37,043 nt of DNA from Nitrospirales bacterium. Lineage in GTDB: Bacteria > Nitrospirota > Nitrospiria > Nitrospirales > UBA2166. Made by a program: the position numbers and the translations under genes. Under the pieces are notes generated by a model. It saw only the letters and a list, made by a program, of their open reading frames with translations, was not told the origin of the DNA and made no database searches. Location: NCBI GenBank assembly GCA_012965905.1, contig DTRN01000064.1, forward strand, positions 1-37,043, given 5' to 3'. Below are positions 1 to 9,333 of this stretch, piece by piece (position 1 is the first letter of the stretch; every line of letters begins with the position of its first letter).

Positions 1-2027
1 ACCATGAAACTTGCAAAGGCGGCCATGTCGTTTCCGCTAAATGGGGTAGCCGGGTCGTTGCCCTGCAGGCCTTCAAAGGCCACAATAAACTTGGTAAACG
101 CGGCGACTTCGTCAAGCGGATCACCGCCGGGATCGTTGCCACCGGTTCGATCGCCCCGCCAGTGCATCGGACCATTGTTGGCCATGCCACGCATGGTCTG
201 AGTGGTCATAGGTCCTTTGATCGGGTGGAGTTCCTGCACATTTCCGGTTCCATTGATATTAGGGAACAATTCCGCGGTGCCTCGTCGTCTGACCTCAATC
301 AGATTAGGGAGGACATGTCCGTCCGGATCTCCGAGATCCCAGGTGAGACTGTCGAAGTCTCCAAACACATGACAACTTGCACAGGCGGACTCACCATTAC
401 TCGACGATATGCGCGCGTCATACAGGAAGCGGCGTCCGTTGACGACATGAACGGGTTCGGGATTGAACATCCCGATATGCGAGGTTTCTTTCTCGGCTGT
501 CAGATCAACGACCGAGATGGAATTGTCGAATCGTGTGAGCACATACATGCGTTGGTTCGTTTCGTCCAGAACAATTCCGCTTGGGCCGCCTCCGCTCACC
601 TCGATGTAGTTCGCGCTTGCGGATGTCGGGTCAAAGGTATCAGTTTCGAGTGCGGCCGTATCGAATACCCCAATTTTACTCGAGCCAAACGCTGCGACGT
701 AGAGTGTCGCACCATCTCCGGAAATCGCCATATCTAGGGGAATGGACAGGCTATGTTGCTTCACTTCCGGTGGGGCCACACGAATGTCGTAGTTGATGTG
801 TTTGTTGAGGTGGCGTCGAAGCACCTGGGTTCCATCAAGAACCGTAATTCCCATTTCGTGCACGTGTCCTTGCATCGACGCCGGCTCTCCCATCGGTTTC
901 GCAGCCGTTTCTCGCACAAACGTTCCTGATCCTTCAAAACGGACCTCGTTACGCGCGTCACTCATTGAAACGTAGACCTTCTGGTTTACCGGATTAACCA
1001 CCATATTAAACAAGACAGTGCCGACATGGGCAAAAGAGGCTGTTTCCTCAAGTGTGGTCGTATCGATAGCGAAGACATCGAGATCGGGGAGGGTAAAACG
1101 AATGGCATTGTTCCAATTGCGATCGAGTTCATCGACCCATGCGCCGATCGTTTGGTCAAATTTCACGACAAGCCCCGCTTCCGGGCGTCTGTCTCCGTCG
1201 GCATTGTGGTGTGGCAGCGGCATGCCTCCGGGCATGGTGACCCCCGAAACCAGACAGGGGCCTTCGACGACGTTATTGACGATGTTGGCATCGCTGGTGT
1301 CGCATACCGCTGTTTCCGTCACGGTTGAGGTTTGATTGCCGGAGTGGAACACAGCGGCATAAACAGTAGTACCATCGGGGGTCACGGCAAGGGCACGTGG
1401 TGTATCTCCAAACAATGTGATGATCTTCAGCGGGGTTCCCCCAAGCGCATCTCCAAGATTCAGCGCGTCAAATACCCAGACATCTGCGCGCGGAACACCT
1501 GGAGTGGTGAGTTGTGGGTCTCCAGCACCAGGCACTGCAGCAATGGTGTGATGGGTACGATGTTGCCCACGGTGTGCCGTCGTGATAAAGGCGCGACGGC
1601 TGTCAGAACCGGCAAAGACGATATCCCGCGGTTCGTCACCAACTAAGAGTGTCTTGGTCACGCGGGCTGGCGTTGAGAGAAGGTCGATAATCGAGACGCT
1701 GTCTGAGAGGTGGTTCGTCACCCATACTTCGGTATTCGTCCGTGCTGCGACCGCAACCGGCTCCATTCCTACTGGGATCGAATACTGATGTGTGATTCCT
1801 TTAGCCGTAATATTGAACACCTCGATGCGGTTATCCGGTGTATTGGTTGCAAAAAGGCGAGTCCCGTCAGGTGAGAGCGCGAGTGGGCGAACGTGACCGG
1901 ACTCAAAGGTCATAAACGAAGCCACCGCCGGCTTTGAGCCAAGGGAGAAGAGAGTGCCGATAAGTAGACCCAGCAAAGTATGTTTGAGGATCCGGGTTCC
2001 GCAGTATTTGGTATACGAGAGGTTCAT
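1..2027 (-). CDS. Secreted YncE/YVTN beta-propeller protein with c-type heme (cytochrome c peroxidase/MauG-like) C-terminal region; 3' end truncated by the window edge
   Basis: Hand translation from ATG at 2027 gives MNLSYTKYCGTRILKHTLLGLLIGTLFSLGSKPAVA (signal peptide), then SFMTFESGHVRPLALSPDGTRLFATNTPDNRIEVF...VGMEPVAVA...EVWVTNHLSDSVSIID...VGDEPRDIVF (YVTN blades). The same frame reads CASCH at 383-369 and KGPMTTQTMRGM...MHWRGDR near 230-150. It is probably missing from the ORF track because its stop lies outside the window. Confidence 0.85.
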   Translation of the reverse strand, partial: MNLSYTKYCGTRILKHTLLGLLIGTLFSLGSKPAVASFMTFESGHVRPLALSPDGTRLFATNTPDNRIEVFNITAKGITHQYSIPVGMEPVAVAARTNTEVWVTNHLSDSVSIIDLLSTPARVTKTLLVGDEPRDIVFAGSDSRRAFITTAHRGQHRTHHTIAAVPGAGDPQLTTPGVPRADVWVFDALNLGDALGGTPLKIITLFGDTPRALAVTPDGTTVYAAVFHSGNQTSTVTETAVCDTSDANIVNNVVEGPCLVSGVTMPGGMPLPHHNADGDRRPEAGLVVKFDQTIGAWVDELDRNWNNAIRFTLPDLDVFAIDTTTLEETASFAHVGTVLFNMVVNPVNQKVYVSMSDARNEVRFEGSGTFVRETAAKPMGEPASMQGHVHEMGITVLDGTQVLRRHLNKHINYDIRVAPPEVKQHSLSIPLDMAISGDGATLYVAAFGSSKIGVFDTAALETDTFDPTSASANYIEVSGGGPSGIVLDETNQRMYVLTRFDNSISVVDLTAEKETSHIGMFNPEPVHVVNGRRFLYDARISSSNGESACASCHVFGDFDSLTWDLGDPDGHVLPNLIEVRRRGTAELFPNINGTGNVQELHPIKGPMTTQTMRGMANNGPMHWRGDRTGGNDPGGDPLDEVAAFTKFIVAFEGLQGNDPATPFSGNDMAAFASFM

Positions 2028-2163
2028 AAATTGGTTGGCGATTGGTCGGCTTTGACAATACACAATACAGAATAGAGGTCGCAAGTACGCAATGGTGAAA
2101 TGAGTCCCGATGATTTCGCAAGTCGCCGAGATATTTTTTGATGAGTTCATGTAGTATGCCGCA

Positions 2164-3183
2164 ATGCGATGGATTCCAATGTCCTGGGTGAAGTTCATCT
2201 TATTCCTCGCTGGGATTGGTCTGTTTGCCTGGCTCATCAAATCCGCCGGGCCGCGTGCACTCTTTCATAGCTTCCAGCAGGTCGGATGGCCCTTCCTGTT
2301 TCTGTTTCTTCCATATTTGCTGGTGTATCTATTCGATGCCATCGGGTGGCAGGTTGCATTTCACCATAGGCCAAAGGAACTTGGATTTGTGCGTCTCTTC
2401 TTGGTCCGAACGGCAGGGGAGAGTCTGAACAATACCCTTCCATCAGCGTATCTAGGAGGGGAGCCGGTGAAGGCGCTGTTGCTCAAACGTTTTCACGTGG
2501 ATATGGCCGAGGCCGCGAGTAGTGTGATCGTTGCGAAGACAACGATGACCATTGCGCAGATCATGTTTATCCTCGTGGGCTTTGGGGCCTTTTACCTGGC
2601 GTCGGAACGATCGATCGCGATTCCGGGGCTGTTACCTGGAATCCTGCTTCTGCTTGGCATTGGCGTGTTTGGTATTGGGGTGCTCGTCCGGTGGCAGCGA
2701 ACGGGTTTTACCCGTCCTCTCATGCGATTGGCTGAGAACATCGGCTTTCTTGCTCGGAAATTGAAGCGGCATCAAAAAGGACTCCTGCGGCTCGACGCAA
2801 ATCTCTTGCGGTTTCATGCCGAAGATGGGGGAAAATTTTGGATATCCACTGCATGGTTCTTGGGTGGCTGGGTGATCGGTACTCTTGAGGTCTACCTATT
2901 CGGTGTTCTGTTCGATGTTCCGCTTTCCATTCTCGATGCAGTGGCCATCGAAGCGCTGTCCACCATGGTGAGAACCATGGGCTTCATTATTCCGGGGAGT
3001 GTTGGTGTGCAGGAAGGGGGAATTGTGCTGCTGTTTCTTGCCGTGGGGCAGTCGACCTTGGCCGGCGTCTCGTTTTCGTTGGTGCGACGTGTTCGAGAAC
3101 TGGTGTGGATTGGGTTGGGATTTGGGTTACTGGGATGGTACGGCTGGAGAGGTCACGGTACCTTGGAGAGTTTAGAAAAGTAA
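2164..3183 (+). CDS. LPG-synthase TM/flippase-like integral membrane protein (HpnL-like)
   Basis: Multiple TM helices; family motifs AGESLNNTLPSAYLGGEPVK and IPGSVGVQEGG...RRVRELVW. Confidence 0.85.
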   Translation: MRWIPMSWVKFILFLAGIGLFAWLIKSAGPRALFHSFQQVGWPFLFLFLPYLLVYLFDAIGWQVAFHHRPKELGFVRLFLVRTAGESLNNTLPSAYLGGEPVKALLLKRFHVDMAEAASSVIVAKTTMTIAQIMFILVGFGAFYLASERSIAIPGLLPGILLLLGIGVFGIGVLVRWQRTGFTRPLMRLAENIGFLARKLKRHQKGLLRLDANLLRFHAEDGGKFWISTAWFLGGWVIGTLEVYLFGVLFDVPLSILDAVAIEALSTMVRTMGFIIPGSVGVQEGGIVLLFLAVGQSTLAGVSFSLVRRVRELVWIGLGFGLLGWYGWRGHGTLESLEK

Positions 3184-4538
3184 GAGACAAATGCTCGTAT
3201 GCCGCCCATCGCTTGGCCCCAATCGAATTGTTCGTTTGGCGCATGATAGCCGTGCTCAGGAAGGCTGAGACCCAGGAACATAATGGGGACGTTCCATAGT
3301 TTGGCGAGCTTGGGAACGGCGCCAATAGACCCGCCTTCTCGGATAAAGACAGGGTCTTTTCCAAATCCTTCTCTGACCGCCTCGCGGACGGCGTCGGCAT
3401 ATCGGTCGGCAATTGAGGTTTTATAGGGATGCAGCATGCCTTCGCCCACGACACGAACTGAAGGATTGATCTTTGCCACAAAGTCTCGAAGGAGTTTGAG
3501 AATGTGTTCCGGCTTCTGGTCAGGGACGAGCCGCATGCTGATTTTTAATTCCGCCTGGCCAGGGACGACTGTCTTAATTCCTGGACCGGCGTAGCCGCCA
3601 ACCAGGCCATGCACTTCAAAGGTCGGGCATGCCCAAATTCGTTTGAGCAGATCTGCGGGATCGGTCGTCCGAATCGCCCGCAAGCCATGGGTTCTTTTAA
3701 AGTGCGCGACCCGAAATCCCGAGGCAAGAAAGCCTTGAAGCTCAGATCGAGACGGCGGAATGACGGCCTTGTAGAAACCGGGGATATGGACATGACCGCT
3801 ATGCGCATCCGCGCACGCAGCAGCGACGGCACATAATTCGGCGAGTGGATTGCGTGCGGCGCCACCGGTCACGCCTGAATGAACGTCGTTGTGTCCTGTC
3901 TGGAGGCACAGCCGCACACCAAGCAACCCACGAAGTCCGTACGGAATGGCCGGCCTGGTTCGAGAAACCCAGATGGTGTCTGAGACAAGGACCGAGTCCG
4001 GCTTAGGAATGAGCCCCTTCTGCTTGAATGCATCTCCAAAGTTCGGGCTTCCAATTTCTTCCTCACACTCCCATAAAAATCGCACATTGATCGGGATTTC
4101 TGCCTCGGCCGCATATTGTGCGGCGAGCAGGGCGGTGATGGCCGGGCCCTTATCATCTGTAGTGCCTCGGCCGTAATAGACTCCGCCTTTTTTCCGAAAT
4201 GAAAATGGGGGATGACGCCATTGCGGCTCCTGGGCGGGTTGCACATCAAGGTGATTGTAGATGGTGAGGGTTGGAAAGCGAGCGTCAACGGTCCATCCTG
4301 CAGAGACGACGGGATACCCGGATGTTTTGATAATGCGAGCGTCCGCACCCACGTGTTTGAAAAACTGGGACGCGAGCGTGGCCGATCGACGGACATCTCC
4401 GGCATATTGTGGATCTGCACTGACGGATGGCGTTTCGACCAGTTCGGCAAGCATCTCTTCGAAGCGAGGCTTCGCGGCCCCAATATAGCGCTTGAGCTGG
4501 CTGGCGCGAAGCGTCGTCAGTCTATTCCGTGGCCCCAT
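3153..4538 (-). CDS. M20/M25/M40 family metallopeptidase (dipeptidase-like)
   Basis: Motifs YNHLDVQP, GRGTTDDKG, EEEIGS, REGGSI, HAPNE. Confidence 0.92.
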   Translation of the reverse strand: MGPRNRLTTLRASQLKRYIGAAKPRFEEMLAELVETPSVSADPQYAGDVRRSATLASQFFKHVGADARIIKTSGYPVVSAGWTVDARFPTLTIYNHLDVQPAQEPQWRHPPFSFRKKGGVYYGRGTTDDKGPAITALLAAQYAAEAEIPINVRFLWECEEEIGSPNFGDAFKQKGLIPKPDSVLVSDTIWVSRTRPAIPYGLRGLLGVRLCLQTGHNDVHSGVTGGAARNPLAELCAVAAACADAHSGHVHIPGFYKAVIPPSRSELQGFLASGFRVAHFKRTHGLRAIRTTDPADLLKRIWACPTFEVHGLVGGYAGPGIKTVVPGQAELKISMRLVPDQKPEHILKLLRDFVAKINPSVRVVGEGMLHPYKTSIADRYADAVREAVREGFGKDPVFIREGGSIGAVPKLAKLWNVPIMFLGLSLPEHGYHAPNEQFDWGQAMGGIRAFVSYFSKLSKVP

Positions 4539-5280
4539 GCTTCTTCAGCAACTCCACCATGCTTTTGTTGCGCATCAGTGTGGCGACATGGAGTGGGGTA
4601 TCACCATCGTTGTCCTTGGCATTCACCTTCGCTCCTGCTGCGATAAGCCGCGTGACAATGGGCCGATGGGATTTCACTACCGCAACGTGGAGAGGAGTAA
4701 CCCCGTCGAGGGTCTTCACGTTCACCTTGACCCCCTTGGCGACCAGCAGATCCACCACATCTTCGCGACCGTGCAGCGCGACCAAGTGCAGCGCGGTGGT
4801 TCCAGCCTTGTCTTCGATATCGACATCTGCGCCTTTATCAATAAGCCGAGTCACCACGGCTTTATGCCCGAAAAATGCTGCCATATGTAAGGAGGTCTTT
4901 CCGTCATCCGTTTTAGCGTTGATGTTTGCGCTTGCGGCAATCAGCATGTCGGTCACCGGAAGATGGCCTCGGTCTGCGGCCACATGAAGAGGCGTGAGGC
5001 CGAGTTCATTCTTGACATTGACTTTCGCGCCAGCGGAGATCAAGCGCCGAACGACGGTGTCATGGCCTCCAAGCGCAGCCATGTGCAACGCGGTCGTTTT
5101 CGCTTCATCGACGGCGTTGACATCGGCGCCTGCTGTGATGAGCTCATCAACTTCGGCGACCGACCCTTTCTTCGCGGCGTCGTGAAGTGCGACATCAAGG
5201 AGCGAATGTGCGAGTGCCGATGACGGCACGACAACACTCGTTGCAAGAAAAACAAGACTGAGGATGAGATATCTGGCCAT
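4522..5280 (-). CDS. Exported ankyrin-repeat protein (about 6 repeats)
   Basis: 33-aa repeats TALHMAA/TPLHVAA...GADVN after an N-terminal signal peptide. Start placed at ATG 5280, which follows a GGAGG RBS. Confidence 0.93.
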   Translation of the reverse strand: MARYLILSLVFLATSVVVPSSALAHSLLDVALHDAAKKGSVAEVDELITAGADVNAVDEAKTTALHMAALGGHDTVVRRLISAGAKVNVKNELGLTPLHVAADRGHLPVTDMLIAASANINAKTDDGKTSLHMAAFFGHKAVVTRLIDKGADVDIEDKAGTTALHLVALHGREDVVDLLVAKGVKVNVKTLDGVTPLHVAVVKSHRPIVTRLIAAGAKVNAKDNDGDTPLHVATLMRNKSMVELLKKHGATE

Positions 5281-5644
5281 GGCGTCCTCCCTCATACAGT
5301 TATGTATGGTTCGTTGTCGCTTTCGATGAGTCCATCAATCATCTCGCTCAACAAAAGCATACGCCCGTTTGGATAAGAAGACTAGCTGTAACTCAGGTAT
5401 GTAAGCTAAAGGCTGAAGAGTGAATCTTCAGTGCGGGCCTGGGCGTTTTTCCCCATCCTCTAGAGCCTCACGCTGATGTGCGCGACTTCTGCTGGGGCAT
5501 AGGGTTTGGGAAGAACCCCTTGCAGCGGCTTGACCGACGACATCCGCGCAAGGGATTTATCGTGCTGGCCGGAACTTGCCAAGACTTGAATATCCAGATG
5601 CTCCTATCTCAACCGGCACAATACCTGCGTGCTCGGAAGCCCCG

Positions 5645-5929
5645 ATGGATCTTACCGCACTCCAGAGTCTCGGAGGAATCAGCCTTGTCATTCCCGCATG
5701 GCAGATGGCTGCATATGTTGGGGTCGTCAGCATTTTCCTTCTCTTACGCCGCCTTCAGCGCTGCCTGTTGGCCAACTACGTATTTGTCCTCTATTTGTGA
5801 TTTCTGGTCTATGCACCAAGTTTCATTGGGGCGGCAGGAGGCAATACGCTTACACTCACCCTCTATCCCCTCTGCGGCCTCGCCGTGGCAGGCTTAGCCC
5901 TTGTTGCCTTCTTTCAACACCCCACCTAG
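5645..5929 (+). pseudogene. Small 3-TM membrane protein interrupted by an in-frame TGA (5798-5800)
   Basis: Reads MDLTALQSLGGISLVIPAWQMAAYVGVVSIFLLLRRLQRCLLANYVFVLYL*FLVYAPSFIGAAGGNTLTLTLYPLCGLAVAGLALVAFFQHPT*. Hydrophobic protein-like sequence continues in frame past the TGA to TAG at 5927-5929. Confidence 0.6.
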
Positions 5930-5930
5930 T

Positions 5931-7931
5931 TTAATACCCGCTATATTCTGACACTTCCCCATCGATTAAGACCCAGGAATCAAGAAGGGTAGCCGGTACA
6001 TCATCGAGAAACCGTGACGGTCGCGACAGTACCGCACCCGCCTGTCGATCATAAATATTGACCGGGTAATTCAAGTACAACAGGTGTTTCGCACGCGTCA
6101 TGGCCACGTAAAACAACCTCCGTTCCTCTTCAAGCTCCTGATTTGAAAAAATTGAATAGCTTGATGGAAACTTGCCATCCAGCAGCCATAAGAGAAAAAC
6201 ACACGACCACTCGAGACCTTTGGCCGAATGGATCGTCGACAGGACGAGCCGTTCCTCGTCGAACGGTTTGCCTTCAACATCAGCGACAGACTCATTCGGT
6301 GGTTCGAGGGTCAGATCTGAAAGAAACACCTGCAATAGATCGTAACGTGCCGCAATCGCCTGAATATGTTCGAGATCACGAATCCGTTTCGGATAGTCAT
6401 CGTAGCGCTGTTTTAGCATCGGTAAATAATAGGTTGAGACAAGGCTCAGGAGATCTGTGGGCGATGACGCTTCCATTTCACCGAGCCGCTTCATACATCC
6501 CGCAAATTCGGCAAGGCCAGTCGACCGCATCCGCTGTGCCATCTCCACCAACCACGCCCCCGGAGTCGCCTCCTGTACCACCTGCGCGACGAGCTGCGCG
6601 CTTTTCTTGGGTCCAATGCCTTCAATCAACATCAGAATACGATTCCAACTCACCGCATCATGGGGATTTTCCACCACGCGGAGATGGGCAAGCAGGTCTT
6701 TCACGTGCGCGGTCTCCATCAACCGCATCCCTCCACGCTTCATAAAGGGGATCCCCCGCTTCCCAAGTTCTATTTCGAGGTCAAATGCCTGATAGCTTGA
6801 ACGCACCAGGACAGCGATGTCGTTCAGCGCGGTTCCTTCCTCTCGCAATTCAAGGATCCGCTGTGCAACAAACCGCGATTGCGTATTTTCGTCCTCAGCC
6901 CGAATAAGAACAGGCATGGCCCCTTCGACCCGACGCGAAAAGAGGCGTTTGTCATAGGATTCCTCGGCTCCACGAATGACCTCGTTCGCGAGGTTCAGGA
7001 TTGGCTGCGTACTCCGGTAATTTTCTTCGAGTTTGATCACGCGCGTCCCCGGAAACTGGTTGGGAAAATCCATGATGTTTCGAAACGTCGCGCCTCGAAA
7101 TGAATAGATCGACTGTGCCTCATCACCCACCGCCATAATATTGTGATGCGCCGACGCCAGTTTCTGTAGAATCCTGGCTTGAAGGAAATTGGTATCCTGA
7201 TATTCATCGACCAGCATGTAACGAAAAGATCTGGAAACCTCTTCTTGCAATGCCGCATCACTGTCCAATAACTCGTCGAGTTTGACTAAGAGATCATCGA
7301 AGTCGGCCAGCGAGTGTTTGGCCTTGTAATTCTTGTAGGCCCTCTGAAGCTGTTGCAGGTCATCAATGAGTTCGACGAAATGCGCGTAGTCTCCAAAAAT
7401 CACATCATCTAAAGGCCGCAGGGTGTTGACGGTCTTACTGAACATTTCTGCAATCGTGTTTTTCCTTGGGACGCGTCGCCCTTTTTCATGCAGACCGCAT
7501 TCACTACGAAGAAGCTGAATAGCGTCTTCTGCGTCTGAGCGATCCATAATGGTAAAATTTGAATCTAGACCGATGGACTGTCCATAGCGACGAAGCAAGA
7601 TATTCCCGACTGAATGGAAGGTGCCGCCGCGAACCTGGTCACTCTGGCCACCAACCAGCAATCCAACGCGTTGAAGCATTTCCTGGGCGGCTCTACGTGT
7701 AAAGGTCAACAGCAGAATGTGCGACGGATGGATACCCTGTTCGATGAGGCGAGCGACCCGATAGACCAAGGTCTGCGTTTTCCCACTTCCAGCACCGGCA
7801 ATCACCAGAAGTGGCCCGTCAAGAGAAAAGACGACTTCAAGCTGCGCAGCGTTCAGCGCCGCTTCATAGTCAATACGAGAGGTGGGATGAGGAGGCGTAT
7901 CTGAAGTCGGCGTTAAAATATAAGGTTTCAC
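5931..7931 (-). CDS. UvrD/Rep/PcrA-family SF1 ATP-dependent helicase
   Basis: Motifs AGAGSGKT, LTFTRRAA, VDEYQDTN, VGDEAQSIYSFRGA, NYRS, STIHSAKGLEW, EERRLFYVAMTRA. Confidence 0.96.
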   Translation of the reverse strand: MKPYILTPTSDTPPHPTSRIDYEAALNAAQLEVVFSLDGPLLVIAGAGSGKTQTLVYRVARLIEQGIHPSHILLLTFTRRAAQEMLQRVGLLVGGQSDQVRGGTFHSVGNILLRRYGQSIGLDSNFTIMDRSDAEDAIQLLRSECGLHEKGRRVPRKNTIAEMFSKTVNTLRPLDDVIFGDYAHFVELIDDLQQLQRAYKNYKAKHSLADFDDLLVKLDELLDSDAALQEEVSRSFRYMLVDEYQDTNFLQARILQKLASAHHNIMAVGDEAQSIYSFRGATFRNIMDFPNQFPGTRVIKLEENYRSTQPILNLANEVIRGAEESYDKRLFSRRVEGAMPVLIRAEDENTQSRFVAQRILELREEGTALNDIAVLVRSSYQAFDLEIELGKRGIPFMKRGGMRLMETAHVKDLLAHLRVVENPHDAVSWNRILMLIEGIGPKKSAQLVAQVVQEATPGAWLVEMAQRMRSTGLAEFAGCMKRLGEMEASSPTDLLSLVSTYYLPMLKQRYDDYPKRIRDLEHIQAIAARYDLLQVFLSDLTLEPPNESVADVEGKPFDEERLVLSTIHSAKGLEWSCVFLLWLLDGKFPSSYSIFSNQELEEERRLFYVAMTRAKHLLYLNYPVNIYDRQAGAVLSRPSRFLDDVPATLLDSWVLIDGEVSEYSGY

Positions 7932-7996
7932 GTCAGGCCGGCAGCTCGTTCAACGCGAACACGACATCATAATACAAACAGCGAGGGAATCTGTGG

Positions 7997-8458
7997 CTAC
8001 ATTGACTGAAGGGCTTCGATGACGCTCTCGGCATGGCCCGTCACTTTGACCTTCAAAAAAATCTGTGCGACCTTGCCATGTTCATCGATAATGACCGTTG
8101 TTCGTTCAACACCCATGTAGGCTCGCCCATACAGCTTTTTCTCCTTCCACACGCCATATTTCTCGATCATGGCATGCGAAGGATCACTCAACAGCGGGAA
8201 GGGCAATGAAAATTTTTGCTTGAACTTCTGGTGGGAACCGACGCTGTCTTTGCTCACTCCATATACGACAGCGCCCTGCGCTTTCACGCGGGCAAGGTTG
8301 TCGCGAAAATCGCAGGATTCCTGCGTACAACCGGGGGTGTCGTCCTTCGGATAGAAGTATAACACCACCCGCTTGCCACGTAGCGAGGCTAGAGAAACCT
8401 TTTCTCCAGAATCCGACTCCAAATTGAATGTTGGAGCGCGTTTCCCTACTTGGAGCAT
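7997..8458 (-). CDS. bcp: Thioredoxin-dependent thiol peroxidase (Bcp/PrxQ)
   Basis: YFYPKDDTPGCTQESCDFRD motif. Confidence 0.95.
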   Translation of the reverse strand: MLQVGKRAPTFNLESDSGEKVSLASLRGKRVVLYFYPKDDTPGCTQESCDFRDNLARVKAQGAVVYGVSKDSVGSHQKFKQKFSLPFPLLSDPSHAMIEKYGVWKEKKLYGRAYMGVERTTVIIDEHGKVAQIFLKVKVTGHAESVIEALQSM

Positions 8459-8478
8459 CTCATCGATTACTCCCCAGG

Positions 8479-8946
8479 TTACTTCTTCAATGCTGCCTTA
8501 ATTTCGTCGTAAAGAGGTTCTTTGCCAGGGTCATCGGACACCCACTTATAGGTAATGGTGCCCCCAGCATCAAGAACAAAGATCGACCGCTTTGAAGCGG
8601 TATAGCCTGTCATTCCAACGAAATCATTGTGGGCCACTCCATACGCGTTCACGGCCACACGATTATAGTCGGAAAGAATCGGGTATTCGATCTTATTCTT
8701 TTCGGCAAACGCCCCGTTGGCAAAGGGCGAATCCACACTGATGCCAAGCACCGTCGCATTCAAACCATTCAATTCCGCCATCGAATCCCGAAACGTACAC
8801 AGCTCTTTCTCGCATACGCCTGTGAACGCTGCAGGAAAGAACGCGAGCACCGCCTTTTTCCCCTTCAAACTATCAAGCGTCACGGATTCCCTCTTGGTGT
8901 TCAACAAATCGAAACCCGGTGCTTTTGAATTCACGTCTGCTGCCAT
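8479..8946 (-). CDS. Peroxiredoxin (AhpC/TSA family, AhpE-like)
   Basis: FFPAAFTGVCEKELC and GISVDS...ILSD motifs; GGGGGAG RBS upstream. Confidence 0.9.
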   Translation of the reverse strand: MAADVNSKAPGFDLLNTKRESVTLDSLKGKKAVLAFFPAAFTGVCEKELCTFRDSMAELNGLNATVLGISVDSPFANGAFAEKNKIEYPILSDYNRVAVNAYGVAHNDFVGMTGYTASKRSIFVLDAGGTITYKWVSDDPGKEPLYDEIKAALKK

Positions 8947-9066
8947 AATGTCTTCTCCCCCTATAAGATTTGTGAAAGGTTGACCTCCTCCAGAAACGGT
9001 TATTCCAGCTCTGGAAGACTGGCCATTCTATTCCATGCCTCCTCCCTTACGCAAGACAGTCATAGC

Positions 9067-9333
9067 TCATGCCGGTGGGGAATGTTTCTCAATAAGCATC
9101 AGGTTGCGAATATAGACAAACGCACCAACCGCTTGGCCGGTAATGAATACCGGATCCGTCCGGTATATGGCATACGCAAGCGTAATCAGCCCGCCGGCAA
9201 GGCTCAAATACCAAAATGCGATGGGCACACCCATTTTTTTTCGCCGTTCTGAATAAATCCATTGCACCAACCATCTGGAAAAGAACGCGATCTGCCCAAG
9301 AAATCCGATTGAGACCCAGACGGCTTCACTCAT
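9067..9333 (-). CDS. LAB_N (lipid A biosynthesis N-terminal domain) small membrane protein
   Basis: IGFLGQIAFFSRWLVQWIYSE...PIAFWYLSL...DPVFI.GQ...YIRNL; start overlaps the GT2 stop. Confidence 0.9.
   Translation of the reverse strand: MSEAVWVSIGFLGQIAFFSRWLVQWIYSERRKKMGVPIAFWYLSLAGGLITLAYAIYRTDPVFITGQAVGAFVYIRNLMLIEKHSPPA

Noticed and set aside
4-1788. Plus-strand ORFs such as 162-737, 1018-1335 and 1332-1646
   Set aside because: They are antisense shadows of the minus-strand propeller-cytochrome gene and show no motifs.
4560-5200. About 99-bp periodicity as a CRISPR array or DNA tandem repeat
   Set aside because: Explained by ankyrin coding repeats; there are no identical repeats with unique spacers.
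5566-5579. Sigma54-like TGGC...TTGC upstream of the small membrane gene
   Set aside because: Spacing is GG-N9-GC, not the required GG-N10-GC; at best a decayed site.
5798-5830. Selenocysteine recoding of the in-frame TGA
   Set aside because: It lies in a TM helix with no redox motif, and only a 4-bp stem follows, which is not a convincing SECIS.
7948-7960. GTTC-N5-GAAC inverted repeat upstream of the UvrD-like helicase as an SOS box
   Set aside because: Short 4-bp arms, unlike the palindrome at lexA, and likely to occur by chance.
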